Shown piece after piece: positions 12,135 to 25,148 of a DNA stretch of 64,000 nucleotides. The translations under genes and the position numbers were made by a program. The notes under the pieces are model-generated. The model was not told where the DNA came from. It made no database searches and saw nothing but the letters and a program-made list of their open reading frames with translations. The stretch is taken from contig MU058463.1 of NCBI GenBank assembly GCA_013265495.1, positions 2,193,523 through 2,257,522 of the forward strand. Direction: 5' to 3'. Each line of letters begins with the position of its first letter. Position 1 is the first letter of the stretch. The DNA is from Vicugna vicugna. Taxonomy: Eukaryota.

Positions 12135-14912
12135 TTTTCAGAAATGGAAAAATGACCCTGAAGTTTTAGATGTATCTTTTAGTAGTCAGTGTCTAATAAT
12201 AAACAAGCAATCAATTTTATATGTTTTCTATACCTGTATCAAATGATTTTTAAATTTAAAAGATGATATAATTCCCATCATTTTTAATGTTGGCATTCAA
12301 AAGCAAAGATGTAACTGAAAAGAAAACAGATGAGACATAAAATGATTTGCAAAGTGTAGTAGCTCATGAATGTAAAACAGATTCCAGTTGTAACAATACA
12401 TATTCACACATACAACAGCCACACACTCACCCACACTCTTATATTCCACAGACATTTCCATAACTTGAAAACAGATACTTCGCATATCAGTAAATGATTT
12501 TTTTTACAAGTTAATTCTACAATCATAAAGCAATAAGCTATTAAAAGCACAAGATTTTTATTTGCTAAGTTAAACTAAGCATCTAAAGAAAAAATATTAC
12601 AATGATATTGAAAGATATTTTTATTGGCTTTTTAAAAGACAAAATGCAAATGAAAATATCTTATTCAGAAAAGTAACTGCCAAAAGCCTTAAATGAAATA
12701 AATATACTATCTAATACAATCTCTTCCTGCAAGAATCTCTAAGACAGACAATGCTGAAAAACCAAGCTTCTCATTTGAAGATCCCTAAAAACTGGCATGT
12801 CCCTTAAAAAAAAAAAAAAGATTTTCTTATAAAGGACATGTGGAATACCCATATTTTCTTAAAATGTGTCCTAAAACAAACTCTTTTTAACACCCAAATT
12901 TTCTATATATATTAAGTCCACTTAATTTAGAATTAGTGAAAAGAATCTAGACACAATTTCTAAGAAAACAATGCAGAAAGTAATTTATGCATGGTTATTT
13001 ACAGAGTTTTGCTAAATAATGATGTATAAATATCATGTTCAAAAATCGGACAAAGCCTTTCTAGTAATCAGCACTGCAGGTTTCAAAAAATTATATATAT
13101 AACAAAGGATGCTTCATGTGTAGAGTTACCAGGTAAATCTGAAAGCCAGAAACTAAAGCATTTGACATGGTTAATTGCATTTTTATTATGCTAAATGTCA
13201 GGTCAGAAGTCAATGGCATATACATGCTGGAAGACTGTTTATCACTCAACCCTTTCAATTATACCAAACACTGATTAATCAAATGTGACTGGACTTTCAG
13301 TCCTACAACTTTATGCTTTCCTTCAAGTATACGCAAATCTTTAAAATGGGCACATATGCAAATGTGCAAAACAAATGAAATATAAATGTTTAAGAGAATG
13401 AACAGAAACGGCTTTTAAGCGTAAACCACTCTGCCATTCAATTTGGAAGCTCTATCTTTTCTTCACTAATTTGTCTTCTGTTTTTAGTAGTCTTCTATTA
13501 AAGTTGTAGGTTTACAGATGATCTGGAAATTTCACATTGATATAAGAAAGGAATGTCTGGTCAACGCAGTCTAGGGACAAAGAAAGAATTAGTCTTAAAA
13601 AGTATTAAGTTGCAATTATTTAAATGACAGTTCAATAAAACCCATTTTAGAGCAGTATTACATTAAGTATATAATATTCTTGTGATAAGGATGACAAAGT
13701 AGCATAGCTCTGAATATATTCCAAAGTTTAAGCTTCTAAAGGAGACCATCTAGAAAATATTTAGATTATATTTTAGACTACTGAAAATGCAAACAAGGTA
13801 GTCACTGAATTTTCACAGCATATCGTTTAAATCAGTACAACTACTCTGTCTTTTATCTTACAGGTAATACTGACAAACTCCTAGTGTCATTGCTTGTAAA
13901 GACATTTTACTGGTTAAAGAGAAAATATGACATCTAGGGGGAGGAAAAAACCTTAACTGAACATTTATAATGATAATTTAATATAATCCAGAAATGCAAC
14001 TGTATTCATTGTACTCTTTAGCAGAAATATAAGATGTAAATAAAATTTAAGCAACCAAATCACAAACCATACAATTTATTTACAAAAACAGTATTTAACC
14101 CGAGCAACCTTGAAACATTTTGTACTTGTAGATACATTCAGAAGTGTTGTAGTAGACACTTTGCTTATGCAGTTCAAATACTTGTTCAAATTATGTATTT
14201 ATAGATGACATGTATGGTGCTTGCTTTAAAAACAGTATGGAGACCAGAGAGGTCTCTTCGTGTGAAGATCTACTAGCTGCACAATAAATGCCTTTACTGT
14301 ACACGCAGGCTCCAGAGAGGCGCTAACTAGTAAGACAAGCTCTGCTCATTTCCTTACGTTCCCATTTATTCAAGTTGTAGCCTTCCATGTTGATACCAAC
14401 TGACACACGTTACAAAAATAATCCCAGAGCTCCTATTTTCTTCACACAACTTTTATTCCTGGATCCAGTTTAAGATTAGTGCATGGAAAAAGGCTTTACA
14501 ATCACAGATTTGTTTTCTGTTTTATCCACCAGATATCTATACGGATTTCACATTGTTTTATGCAAAATGCCCATTCTTTCTGTGTAAGTGCTTTATCATA
14601 TTTTGTTTTTCAAGCCTTTAAATACTATACTGGTGGTTACTTCGTAAATATCCTGTAGTCAGTCTTAAAAAGTTTAAAAGTCTGATTTAAACTTTCAGTT
14701 TACTCGCTGTATATTAAAAAAAAAACCCTAAAATTTATGAAATTCAAGTTTAAAAATTGAAGTTCTTAAAAGTTCACAACTTACTAAATTTCAGTAAGCA
14801 ACTTAACAGTGTAAAATACATTAAGCTAAATTTTAGTAAACATGAGTACACATTAAGTATTTAATTATGCACCTGGTGAATTTGAATACAAAGGGAATGT
14901 TATTTCTTACCT

Positions 14913-15016
14913 CTATAATAAGAAGAAGTATCTTGTTCTATGAGCTGCTGCCATACTTTCAGACATGTTTCTGACTTTCAGATAATTAACAAATCCTCTG
15001 AAGAAAAGCAGCAGGC
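14913..15016 (-). CDS. NDFIP2: NDFIP2 last coding exon 7 (exon 14911-15016): (G)LLLFFRGFVNYLKVRNMSESMAAAHRTRYFFLL*
   Basis: Acceptor ccttctcag|GC, TAG stop at 14915-14913 and donor GAG|gtaag after 14911. The C-terminus matches NDFIP2 as recalled. Confidence 0.97.
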
Positions 15017-15683
15017 CTGAGAAGGTTGGAATAATACAGATATATTATGTTCTTATACAGAGAGGGGGGTAAGATAAATTAAAAATAGACAATTATAAAC
15101 AAGATCCTCTTGGCCTAAGGAATTTAATGTGTAGGATTCCATTCCATAATATAGTTTACACTATATATAATAATTCTATTGTGAGGAAATATAATAAAGT
15201 TATATTGCCCCCCAAAATTCTTTCCATTTGTTAAGTCTAGATGTATCGAAAGTAAAGCAAATCCAGCCACAATAATACATACTAATGATTCCTTTAAATA
15301 ACAAAGTTATCTAATGCATTTATACTTGATTTAACTCATAGAAATCTAATTTTATACCAAACTTTAGTTTAATAGTTATATTCATTGAGGACATATTTAC
15401 TGATATTGAAGTATTCAAAAGAGAACATTGCATGTAAATGCTAACAATTGTGGGATAAAACCAGTAAGTCTAGCAAGATCAGGTGCCTGTCATTGGTGAA
15501 ATCTGTATTTAAAGATATGTGCATTATGTAAAATAATTATTTTTATTTTCAAGTAATAAGACTAATTTATAAAGAAAATTAAGAAAAATCAGAACCCACT
15601 AGTGATTTCTTAAATGATTTGAGATGTATCTTCTATCTCAGTGTTCTCCTCTGTAAAATAGTATTTTAAAATAATAACTATTT

Positions 15684-15773
15684 GGGGGAGGGAAATAGCT
15701 CAACGGTAGAGAGCATGCTTAGCATACACGAGGTCCTGGGTTCAGTCCCCAGTACCATCATTAAAAAAAAAAA
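15684..15773 (+). mobile_element. tRNA-derived SINE (Vic-1-like, camelid)
   Basis: GGGGGAGGGAAATAGCTCAACGGTAGAG (A box), GGTTCAGTCCCC (B box) and a poly(A) tail. Confidence 0.85.
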
Positions 15774-16043
15774 TACCACTTACATCACAGGTATCTTTAA
15801 TAAAACAAAGCCTGTGACATGCTTCAAAGTTTCAAATGAAAAATATTAGCTAAGTATAAAAAACATTACCATATTAGTAGAGTTAAGTCTTTGATATAGC
15901 TAAGCATACAATCCTAAGGGAAACATTAACTCCAGTAAATTTTTAACCAGGTAATGGTGGGGGGTGGGGGTGGAGCAGAGGATATGGACACATGCAACTT
16001 TCCTCACCAGGAGGAAGAATCTGGCAGTTTAAAATGCAAAGTC

Positions 16044-16094
16044 AGAACACTGTAAACTGACTATACATCAATTTAAAAAAAAATTGTATAGAAA
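16044..16094 (+). mobile_element. Extremely 5'-truncated L1 tail (51 bp) with perfect 13-bp TSD
   Basis: actgtaaactgactatacatcaattt and an A tail. TSD aaaatgcaaagtc at 16031-16043 and 16095-16107. Confidence 0.8.
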
Positions 16095-17742
16095 AAAATG
16101 CAAAGTCCCAAACAAAATTAGTACCCCAACTCTAAGACAGTAATCGAAGCACTAAAATAAGAAGCATGTTTATAATAAATTGGAGAGGAAAGATAGAAGA
16201 ATACATAAATAATGACTTACACAAGTGGTACAGATTTCAGCTAAATCTGATCCCATCCGCTTCTCATAGCCTAACTCTTTCCACTTGTGGCTCCCACCCT
16301 GAATTCTACCCTCATGCCCTTCTAGATGCTGTTCAAAGATAATGATACTGTGAACCAAACACAAGAAGTATTACTGAAAAATGTAAACCAAGATTATTTG
16401 TGAAATTCCTTCTTCTGTCTATGAAGCTCCTGTTTCTAAGACATGTTTTGCTCTGTTCAGACATTTTCTAAATGAAGCCAGTCCATATCTAGAAACCAGT
16501 CACTTGGCAGCTCTGGTTTCTCAGCGATCTATGTGCTCAACGTTCTTCTGAGTGTATGTGAAAGCAGCATTTTCATCATGGATTATATTTTCACCCTTCC
16601 CTACATGCTAGATGACGGCTGTGATGTGGAACTGGGACTGTCCTCTGCATTTGCTGTCCACAGGGGACTTCCTAAGATTCCTCAACCCCCTAATATTTAT
16701 AGGCAAGTAATTCATGCATGCAATCTGCTTAAGTACCTAACAGTCGTTATAAACTTTTTCACCTTTAAGTAAGAACCTCAATAAAGAGCACAGAATCAGT
16801 CAGAAAACAATTAACATAAAAAACTCACTGAGCTTTAGTACGAGTCTGACTCCCCAACAAAAACCACATTAGAATAATTTCACTATAATTATGAGAGGAA
16901 GAATCTAGGATCTTTATTGACCTTAACCGACCACTAAGATTTTGTTTCCCAAGAGATCCTAAGATCCAACAGCAGGACTAAATAAAAACTCAGAGAGAAC
17001 AGTGCCACCTACTGAAATGCTAGTTTCTGGTACAGTTATGTTACTAGAAGTGTGGGCTCTTAAACCTAAGCAGAAACAAAATGTATTCTTCATATGAGTA
17101 AATAAATTTGAAATATGGATTTAAAGTATAACGTGATTTTAGGATTGACTTATCATATATCTACAGTGTAAAACACAAGAGAACAAAAATTGGAAATCCA
17201 TAAAATTCATCAACATTAATAAAAGACATACCCTGTAAGAAGAAAAGAGAAGTACTGTGATCATCAGGCATGAAGCCTTTGCTCATGCCCGGCTGATTAA
17301 TGATTAATGCAGGTCCATTTCAAAAGTGCAAAGAATGTTTCAATGACCCAAAAATAAAAGAATGGACAGAATATCCAACTGTCCTACTCTCAATGTTTCT
17401 TAAGATCATTAAAAGAAATTATGCACATGTATTTTCCAAAATAAATGCTGAAAGCAATCATTTTTTTAATCATCTTAAGGCTGTCAAGTTTTGTAGTATT
17501 CAATTATCATTCAACCACTGATTGTTTAAATTGACAGGCTCTGAATTTTAAGTCAGAAATCCAGAGTGCTATGTGGAATTATCTGAATAGCTGAGATAAG
17601 TGTTTGGATATGGGAATTTAGTAGAAAAATTATTTCCACAAAAATTAGAACAAAAGTATATTTATATCTTATAATTTTAGGAAATATCAAAGTTAAACTA
17701 AATGCAAATTATTCATACTGAATACATTAAGAATAAACTTAC

Positions 17743-17809
17743 CAAGTACAAGAAATATCCACCAAAGCCAATATTGTCCATTGAAATATCCAGTAAAATA
17801 ATCAGAAAA
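17743..17809 (-). CDS. NDFIP2: NDFIP2 coding exon 6 (67 nt): FSDYFTGYFNGQYWLWWIFLVL
   Basis: Acceptor ctccatag|TTT and donor TTG|gtaagt. Encodes the luminal loop and TM3. Confidence 0.96.
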
Positions 17810-19165
17810 CTATGGAGTGAACATAAATATATTAAACATATCTATGTACCTAAATTTGAAAAATCATAGATTAGCTTCAGTTTCAGAATGATTTACCTCA
17901 AGTAATCTTTAGCACTTAAAACAGTACACACACAAAAAAACCCCACAGAAATAATAATGACATATGTATATAATTATTTAAGAAAAAACTTACGTAACAG
18001 CAAACAAACTTATGTAAAATATTTTAGAAACAAAGATCAGTTTCAAACTGCTTGTAAGAAAGAAAGATAAGCACTATGTATCTGACTCCAACATTTTCTC
18101 ATTAAAGAGTTCACATGTCAGTTCTTTTTTCATAATCTCTCAAAGCCACAACTACCATCCCAAACACACTACAGCAACCCGCTGCTTCAGATATTAACAC
18201 CAAAAGCCACATTAGTTTAATCTTATCAGATGGGGATGTTCTGCTGACCTCCAAAAAGAAGAGCTTTTGACCTTCTGTACACCCCCTACTGTTAATCACT
18301 GCCAAGAATACGAGGCGCATAAAGACCCCCAACTCATTAGAGTCTTTTTATTTTCAAGCTAGATGCTCCAGCATTCAGTTCCCAGCAGTGAGCTGAGAAC
18401 AGTTAAATGAACCTTGAAGTGGTATTTCAACAGCTCCTATTAGTGGCCATGGTAGATGGTTTATGTTCTCCATGAAATGAGAATACGAACAGGCAGATGG
18501 AAGGCAGGGTTTGATGATACTGGACACAGGTTATCTTTTCCTTGATTAGACTCAGGACAGGATGGTTTATTTTTTTAAAAAGTTTTTGTTTTAATCAGTC
18601 TAATTTTCCAGCTTATTTTATCTTTTGTTTCCACTGGTCTCCAAACTGAATCTGACTGAACTGAAAATGAGTTTGTTAAATGCAGACTTGTCCTCAGATG
18701 TACCTATCTCCAACTTTATAGGTAATTATTTCCAACTATTTATTTCCATAAAAGCTTAAAAATCCTATAGCTTTGGTAACAACAGAAATGCTTACAAGTT
18801 GTAAATAAGGTCCCTAGTGAGGAAACATAGCCACTAAAGGTTATCTACATCTGTTTTTTAAAGCCTTTAAAATATTTTCACAGAAAATATTTACAATACA
18901 TGAACCACAGTCTAAATTCTCAGCTTCGAGCTTCAGAAATTTCAAAGATTAGAAATTTCAAAGAACCATTGTAGATGCAACTCCCACATACTTTTATACC
19001 TTTAAAATATGTACAATGAAGGGAGATCTAGAAAATAGAAAACGTAGCTTGTAAAGTAGGACAGCACGACATTATTGTTTAATCAAATGATTAGTAATTA
19101 GAAATAAAAGGTTTTTACATAGGTTTTAGAGACCCTAAGAACCAAAGGAATAAAGAGCCAAAGCA

Positions 19166-19332
19166 TATAGCACAGGTATATTCGGTATCTTGTAGTAGCT
19201 CACGGTGAAAAAGAATAGGAAAATGAATATATGTATATTCATGTATGACTGAAGCATTGTGCTGTACACCAGAAATTGACACAATATTGTAAATTGACTA
19301 TACTTCAATAAAAAAAGATTAAAAAGAAAAAA
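19166..19332 (+). mobile_element. L1 3' UTR fragment with TSD
   Basis: Same family as the other L1 tails. TSD aaagagccaaagca (19152-19165) / aaagaaccaaagca (19333-19346). Confidence 0.88.
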
Positions 19333-22242
19333 AAAGAACCAAAGCAATACATTTTAAACTCATTTTTAAATATATTTTAAAGTACATTTAATATATAATA
19401 CTACCTGGCAAGAGGCAACCAGGAAAAACAATGTCATTCTTCACTGAAAATATTTACCTACAACAATTCTTCATTTGCTCCCAAGCAAAGAATATAATTA
19501 CCTTCATTTTGAAGAGAAAAACTCACTATGTAAAAAGGATAAATTAATGAGCTTTGGGGCTCGTTACTAAGTTATCAAAAATGTTTTAAAATACTAAAAA
19601 TCATAGGGCTGGGCCAAATTGTGTTTTTGGTTTTTTAAAAATAAGTATATCATGTTGACTGGTCAACTGCAGGCACAGAAAGCACATTTTGGAAAATAAA
19701 TTAACCAAAAATAAGAATTTATCTGGTTTTATTTTATTCATATAACACCAGAATTTTGTTTATATCCAGTATACTTTCAAAAAGACTTGTCAGTTTTTAA
19801 TAAAATATATATACATTTTTAAACAAATAGTAAAAACATCAAAAGCCTTGGACAGAAATATCAGAATCTGGGGCTAAAGATATTTACACTAAATCTGAGC
19901 TTTACAGCAACTTAGAAACCAACAAAAAAAGCAACAGTGTGATTTATAAATTACTTACTATCTAATATAAAAGGAAACACTGGGCTTTTAGAAGAAAACC
20001 TTTCAGCAAGGGTAATTTATTGTTTGGAGTATTACAACAAAAGTCAACGTACAGTGTCACAGAGGCTGTACAAAATTAGGAGAACAGACGCGGAACAGAA
20101 ATCAAGCTAGATTCCAATCCACGTACAAACTGTGGGACACCGTGCAAGAGACTAGACTTGTTATTCTTAGTTCCATCATCAGTAACATAGCTGGCCTGAC
20201 ATCAGCATCACTGATACAGACAGGGTTAAAGAATTCAAGTTCTTTAACTGTATCAGTGAAAAAAAAAAAAAAAACTGGCTGCAGGCACAAAACCAGTTTG
20301 CAATGAATTATGCCTGAAACATAGTGAGTACGCACTGAATGGCAGCTATTGTTAAAACAAAAAAATTTTTTAAATCCTTTTCTCATAGCAATTCTCAATA
20401 TATACTACAGGTATAATATTAACCTTAATTCAATAAAGGTATTTTAAAGGGAAACTAAACAGTCCCAGTGATTAAATATGATGCTATACATACCTTACAT
20501 AACTTCGAGAAACTCCAGTCTTTGAGTTAAGGACCCATCTTACCACACTAACTGGGGCTGATCACTTGACAATCTAACCCCTTCTCAACCTGGGCTTCTA
20601 TGAGAGCATTAGGCCCGAATATCCTAAAGGCAAAGATTGCATATAATGCACTCATTTCCTTTTTGATTCTAGAATGAGACTAGCAATTACTAACTTCAGG
20701 AGAAATGAGAAAATCTAATCGTTCTCTGTTTTCTGTGACCTAGACAAGAAATCCCATTTGAGTAATGGTGGTTCATACTATTACTAACATAACCAAGGTT
20801 GAACACATCGCGCTCCAACTTTTTTGAGTTTTTCTAGTAATAACTTCCGCAAGATCTATGCTCATGATGGGAACTTTATACTTTCTAACTGAAATTAGAA
20901 CAAGGATCTGCCAGGGCACAGTTCTTACAATGGCTCAGGTTTTAATCACCTTAGAAGAAGCAAGTACACAGATTCCCCACCAAGAATCTGATTAGTACCC
21001 AAAACCTATAATCTGGTCTGAATGGAGACGGAGTCTGATAAGATTACTGAAACCCTGAGAAGTAATAAAGTAAGTTTAAGAATAATGAAGAAACACATAA
21101 AATTTGTAATTTTAATATTTTTGTAACAGGTAATTTTTTCATCAATTTGATAATGTAGGTGCATAACTGAAGTGTCTGAAGCACATAAGAAAAGCTGATA
21201 TATTAGTATGTGATTCTGCTAAAAATTTTAGGACCTGACTCATTCAATTAGAAATCAATGTTAAAATAAATATGATTTGTAGAAAGTATATATTTTACTA
21301 ATTGTATAATAGCACTTAAATGTGCCAGAAACTTTTAGGAAGAGTTATTAATTAACAAAGCAACTCTCCTAGCCTCACCTAAAGAAACCAGGAGAAAAGC
21401 TTTGTAAAAAGGAGCCAAAAGGCGCCTACAAGAGGCCAACTTAAAGAGCTGGGGGAGACTATGCTAACAGTACCGCTGCCTGTGCAATGGTTACAGAACA
21501 TTGTCTGGGGACTAGAGAAGTTGTTGAGGTGGGAGGGAAAGAAAGGACTTATCGTTATCTCCCTGTACACCGCCTTGTAAATGATACGAGGTAGACAGAA
21601 GGAGATTTCCAGGAACGAAAAGAAAATGAGAAGAAAGATTTAGAAGGAACATAAAGGGGGAAAAAAGATAAGTTCTGATAAGCACCTCAAAGGCCTGTAC
21701 TTTACTCTGAGCTCTTAATGTTACCAGAGGGAAAAAAGAGTGAGAAGATTTTTAAGTCCGTGATAATTTTACTAACCAATGGGAATGTTCATGTTTTAAC
21801 TGATTTTAGGCAGGACTACACTGTATCACAGCAGTGGTAGCCGTGATTTACATAGACTCGTGCAGCAGCTGGGCAAGGGGCTCTAAATACATCATTTCCA
21901 TACCTCACAAAAATACTGAAAGGCAGCTGTTGTCAGTCTGTTAGGAAGAAACTAATGCCCAGAACGATTTACAAACTTAAAGTTCGAACACTGATATAAA
22001 AAGATGAGATTCAAACTCAAATTTTTCTGATTTCAAAGCTCTTCCCAGGTACTAACACGCTCTCACACAGTCATAAAATGTTCACACAACAGAAGTCACT
22101 ATACGAATTAAGTACAGATGTTAAGAATAAGCTTCAAAATAACTCAATTCACATACACAAAATGAACATTTATGAACCACACAGGAAATTTCATGTTTTA
22201 ATTTTGAGAGATAAAAGTGACAGAGACTACTGAGACACTCAC

Positions 22243-22367
22243 CCTGACAATGAGGATCCACTTGATCAAGGAAAGGCCAAATCCACAGATGGCACCATAC
22301 CTTCCAGCTATGGTATTGGTGATACAGAAGGATAAACAAAATCCAAGCCAGTTGAAAATAAATGCCA
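22243..22367 (-). CDS. NDFIP2: NDFIP2 coding exon 5 (125 nt): (M)AFIFNWLGFCLSFCITNTIAGRYGAICGFGLSLIKWILIVR
   Basis: Acceptor cttgctttcag|TG and donor AGG|gtgagt. Visible in ORF 22198..22455. Encodes TM1-TM2. Confidence 0.97.
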
Positions 22368-24779
22368 CTGAAAGCAAGAGAAATAGTTCTTTTAAAGACC
22401 ACACTTTGGAAATAAATGAACATAGACATAATATAAACAAAACCTCGCTGCTCAACAGAAACAGTTCCCTTTCTTTTATTAACTCTGTGCCATCAAGTCT
22501 TCTTTATAGACTACAGATTACCTTTTGCGAATATGTTAGTTATTTACTATACATTAACAAATGGGTAAGCTCGGTATCCTGTCAGTTTGGTCAGTTAGAA
22601 TCAATTCCTTAAAGCCTATCACCAATTGGTGAAATGACATTTTTAAACTGGTTAAAAATTAGGTCACCATGTAGCTCCCATGTGATCCTACCCAAGAAGT
22701 CCAGACTCAGCAATTAGCCAACCAACTTGGCTTTTTTTAAAAGCAATATTAAAGATGAGCCAAATAAATTATGAAATGCTGTTCCCAGAGCAGGTGCTGT
22801 CCACGGCCTCCTCCTCCTACCTAACACAATCTGTTGTCCCCCTTCCCAGGAACCCACCCACCCACCACTCTAGCCTTTATTTCAGGTAAGTCTGAACCCC
22901 ATACTTAATCCCAAAAGGTGGGTGCTGAGTCGTCTGGGAAACTCCCTGCCAGTGAATTTTTTTTTTTTTAGTAAGACTTCTGAAAAACAGTCTTAAACAC
23001 ACCGCAAGGAGAGGGAGGATGGAATACAGGTGAAAGAACAGGGGCTCCAGACGGCTCATTGTTGAAGCTGGGTGATGGGTACAGAGAGGTTTGTTACACT
23101 CCTGTCTAGTCTGAGAATTTCTACAATAAAAAATTTTTAAAAAGAAAAGACAAGGCCTTTCCTCTTCCACTGGATGTCATGTTTAAACGTAACACCTGGA
23201 CCTGCAGCAGGGATCCTGCTATCAGCCCGAGGATTAAACCATCACTCCAAGTGGGGAGGAGTGAAGAAAAGCGAGCGCAGGGCCACCGCACTGGCTCGGT
23301 CTGCGCCTGAGGTCTGCTCGTCCATGGACTTCTTGTTTCGTGAGCTCATCTCCTAACTATTTAAAACAGTAAGAGTTTCCTATCACTTGTAGCAGAAACC
23401 TTTTTGCCACAGGTCCTTGAGATATAATCAGAGTGCCCTACTTATGTCTAAGACACCAACATTACCAAGTAATAATAGTAATAATAAAACTGAAGACCAA
23501 TTTGAACCTAAATTTGGTCTTGTTCAGTGCCCATCCTCTTACCCTAAATTTCTCCAACCAACCCTCAGAGAGAATAAAGTAAATTACCCAGAGAAATTCT
23601 GGTTTTTCAGAATTCTGAAGACAAAGAGGAAACATTTTAGGTAAGTTTAAATGCAATGGCTATTTCTTCAAAGCAATGGGCCTACTCCTGTCATTTCTTC
23701 CCTCATAACACTCTTTAGTCACAGCTTTCTTGATCATTTATGGGAACCTGTACTACATGGTGCAATAGACAGAAAAGTGAATTTTGAAGTAAGAGACCTG
23801 TGTTTGGGTCACACCACATTCACTCACTAGATATAACCTTGGACTCACTGCTGACTTGTGAGCCACAGTTCTCTGACCTTTAAGTACCTACTTCACAAGG
23901 ACGATAAAAGGATTAAGGGAGATAATAAAGAGCTTAGCATAGTATAGAACCTGGCATATGGCAACTGCTAAAAAAGTTAGCCATCAGCCATCATCACTAC
24001 CCATACAAAACGATCCCCTCACATGACAGAGTAGGTCCTGTCTTCCCTTCAAAAAAAAAAAATTCAGGAGACACTAATATAAAAAAGCTTGTTTATTCTC
24101 TACTTTCTAGTTACCATACTGGATAGCAGAGATAGAATACTTCCATCATTGTAGAATATTCTGTTGCACATAGCACATAGCAAAAAGCGTATTTTCACCT
24201 TCAAGTATGTGTGTTTAGCTTGGCTAATGTTTGTGTTAGCAGTGGGGAAAGCTCTGAAAAGATAATTATTTTGTATCGATTTAAAGTAAAGAATTTACAT
24301 TAACAAATAGCAGTAGAGATCCCCAATTGGTTGCCACATATGTGTTAGTGTGACAAGCTGAGATGCTTCTCTCCTAAACCCATAGGACAGGCAGGTGAGG
24401 TGTGGGCAGGGGACAGACCCACCGGTCCAGAGCGCTCTCCTCCTTCATTCCAGCATGTTGTAACATTCTATCATGTCGTAAGCATGTCATGTTATTAAAA
24501 CATAGGAAGCGCTGATGGAGAAAATCCAAAACAGCAAAATATTCCAAAAGTGTATTTTCACCTTCGAGTATGTGTATGCTTAGCTTTGGGGGAAAACAGT
24601 TTAAACACTGTTCACTTTCTTCAAAATTAGACTTACCAATATCTATTACACATATCGCTGTACCCAAAATAGGAGTTAAGACCCAAAAGAACAAAAAGTA
24701 CTTAATGAGCCACCTTGTTTTCTTGATGCTCTCTGCCAGCGGTATGAATTCCTATACCTTGTGCTCATGTGACATAGCT

Positions 24780-25148
24780 TGTTATAGACTGAACTGTGTC
24801 CCCTCAAAATTCAGGTATTAAAGCCCTCACCCTCAGTGTGACTACGTTTAGAGACAGGGCCTTTAGGGAGGTAAGTAAGTTTGCATGAGGTTATGGGTAT
24901 AAAGCCCTAACAGAGTAGGACTGGTGTCCTTACAGGAAGAGACACCAGAAAGCTCCCTCCGCACACATGCAGAGAAGAGGCCGTGTGAGGACCCTGCAAG
25001 GCAGCCATCTGCAAGCCAAGAAGAGAACCCTCACCAGAAACCTTGATCTTGAACTTCTAGCCTCCAGAACAGTGAGAAAATAAATTTTCATTGTTTAAGC
25101 CACCCAGTATGTGGTATTTTGTCATGGCAGCCTGAACAGACTAATATA
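24780..25148 (+). mobile_element. MaLR solo LTR (MLT1A-like)
   Basis: Starts tgttatagactgaactgtgtcccctcaaaattc. Contains ttctagcctccagaac..gagaaaataaattt..tttaagccacccagt. Ends gactaatata. Confidence 0.85.

Larger units (their letters stand above)
10325..13570 (-). other. NDFIP2: NDFIP2 terminal non-coding exon (3' UTR, about 3.2 kb; 3' end approximate)
   Basis: Acceptor ttctttctttgtccctag|ACTGCG at 13570. AT-rich, repeat-poor sequence ending at tandem AATAAA. Confidence 0.8.

Noticed and set aside
14998..15016. Internal acceptor CTGCTTTTCTTCAG within exon 7
   Set aside because: It is explained by the Leu/Phe codons of TM3. Use would frameshift, and nothing in the sequence supports it.
22217..22612. 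131-aa plus-strand ORF overlapping exon 5
   Set aside because: It is an antisense shadow of the real coding exon with no recognisable protein.
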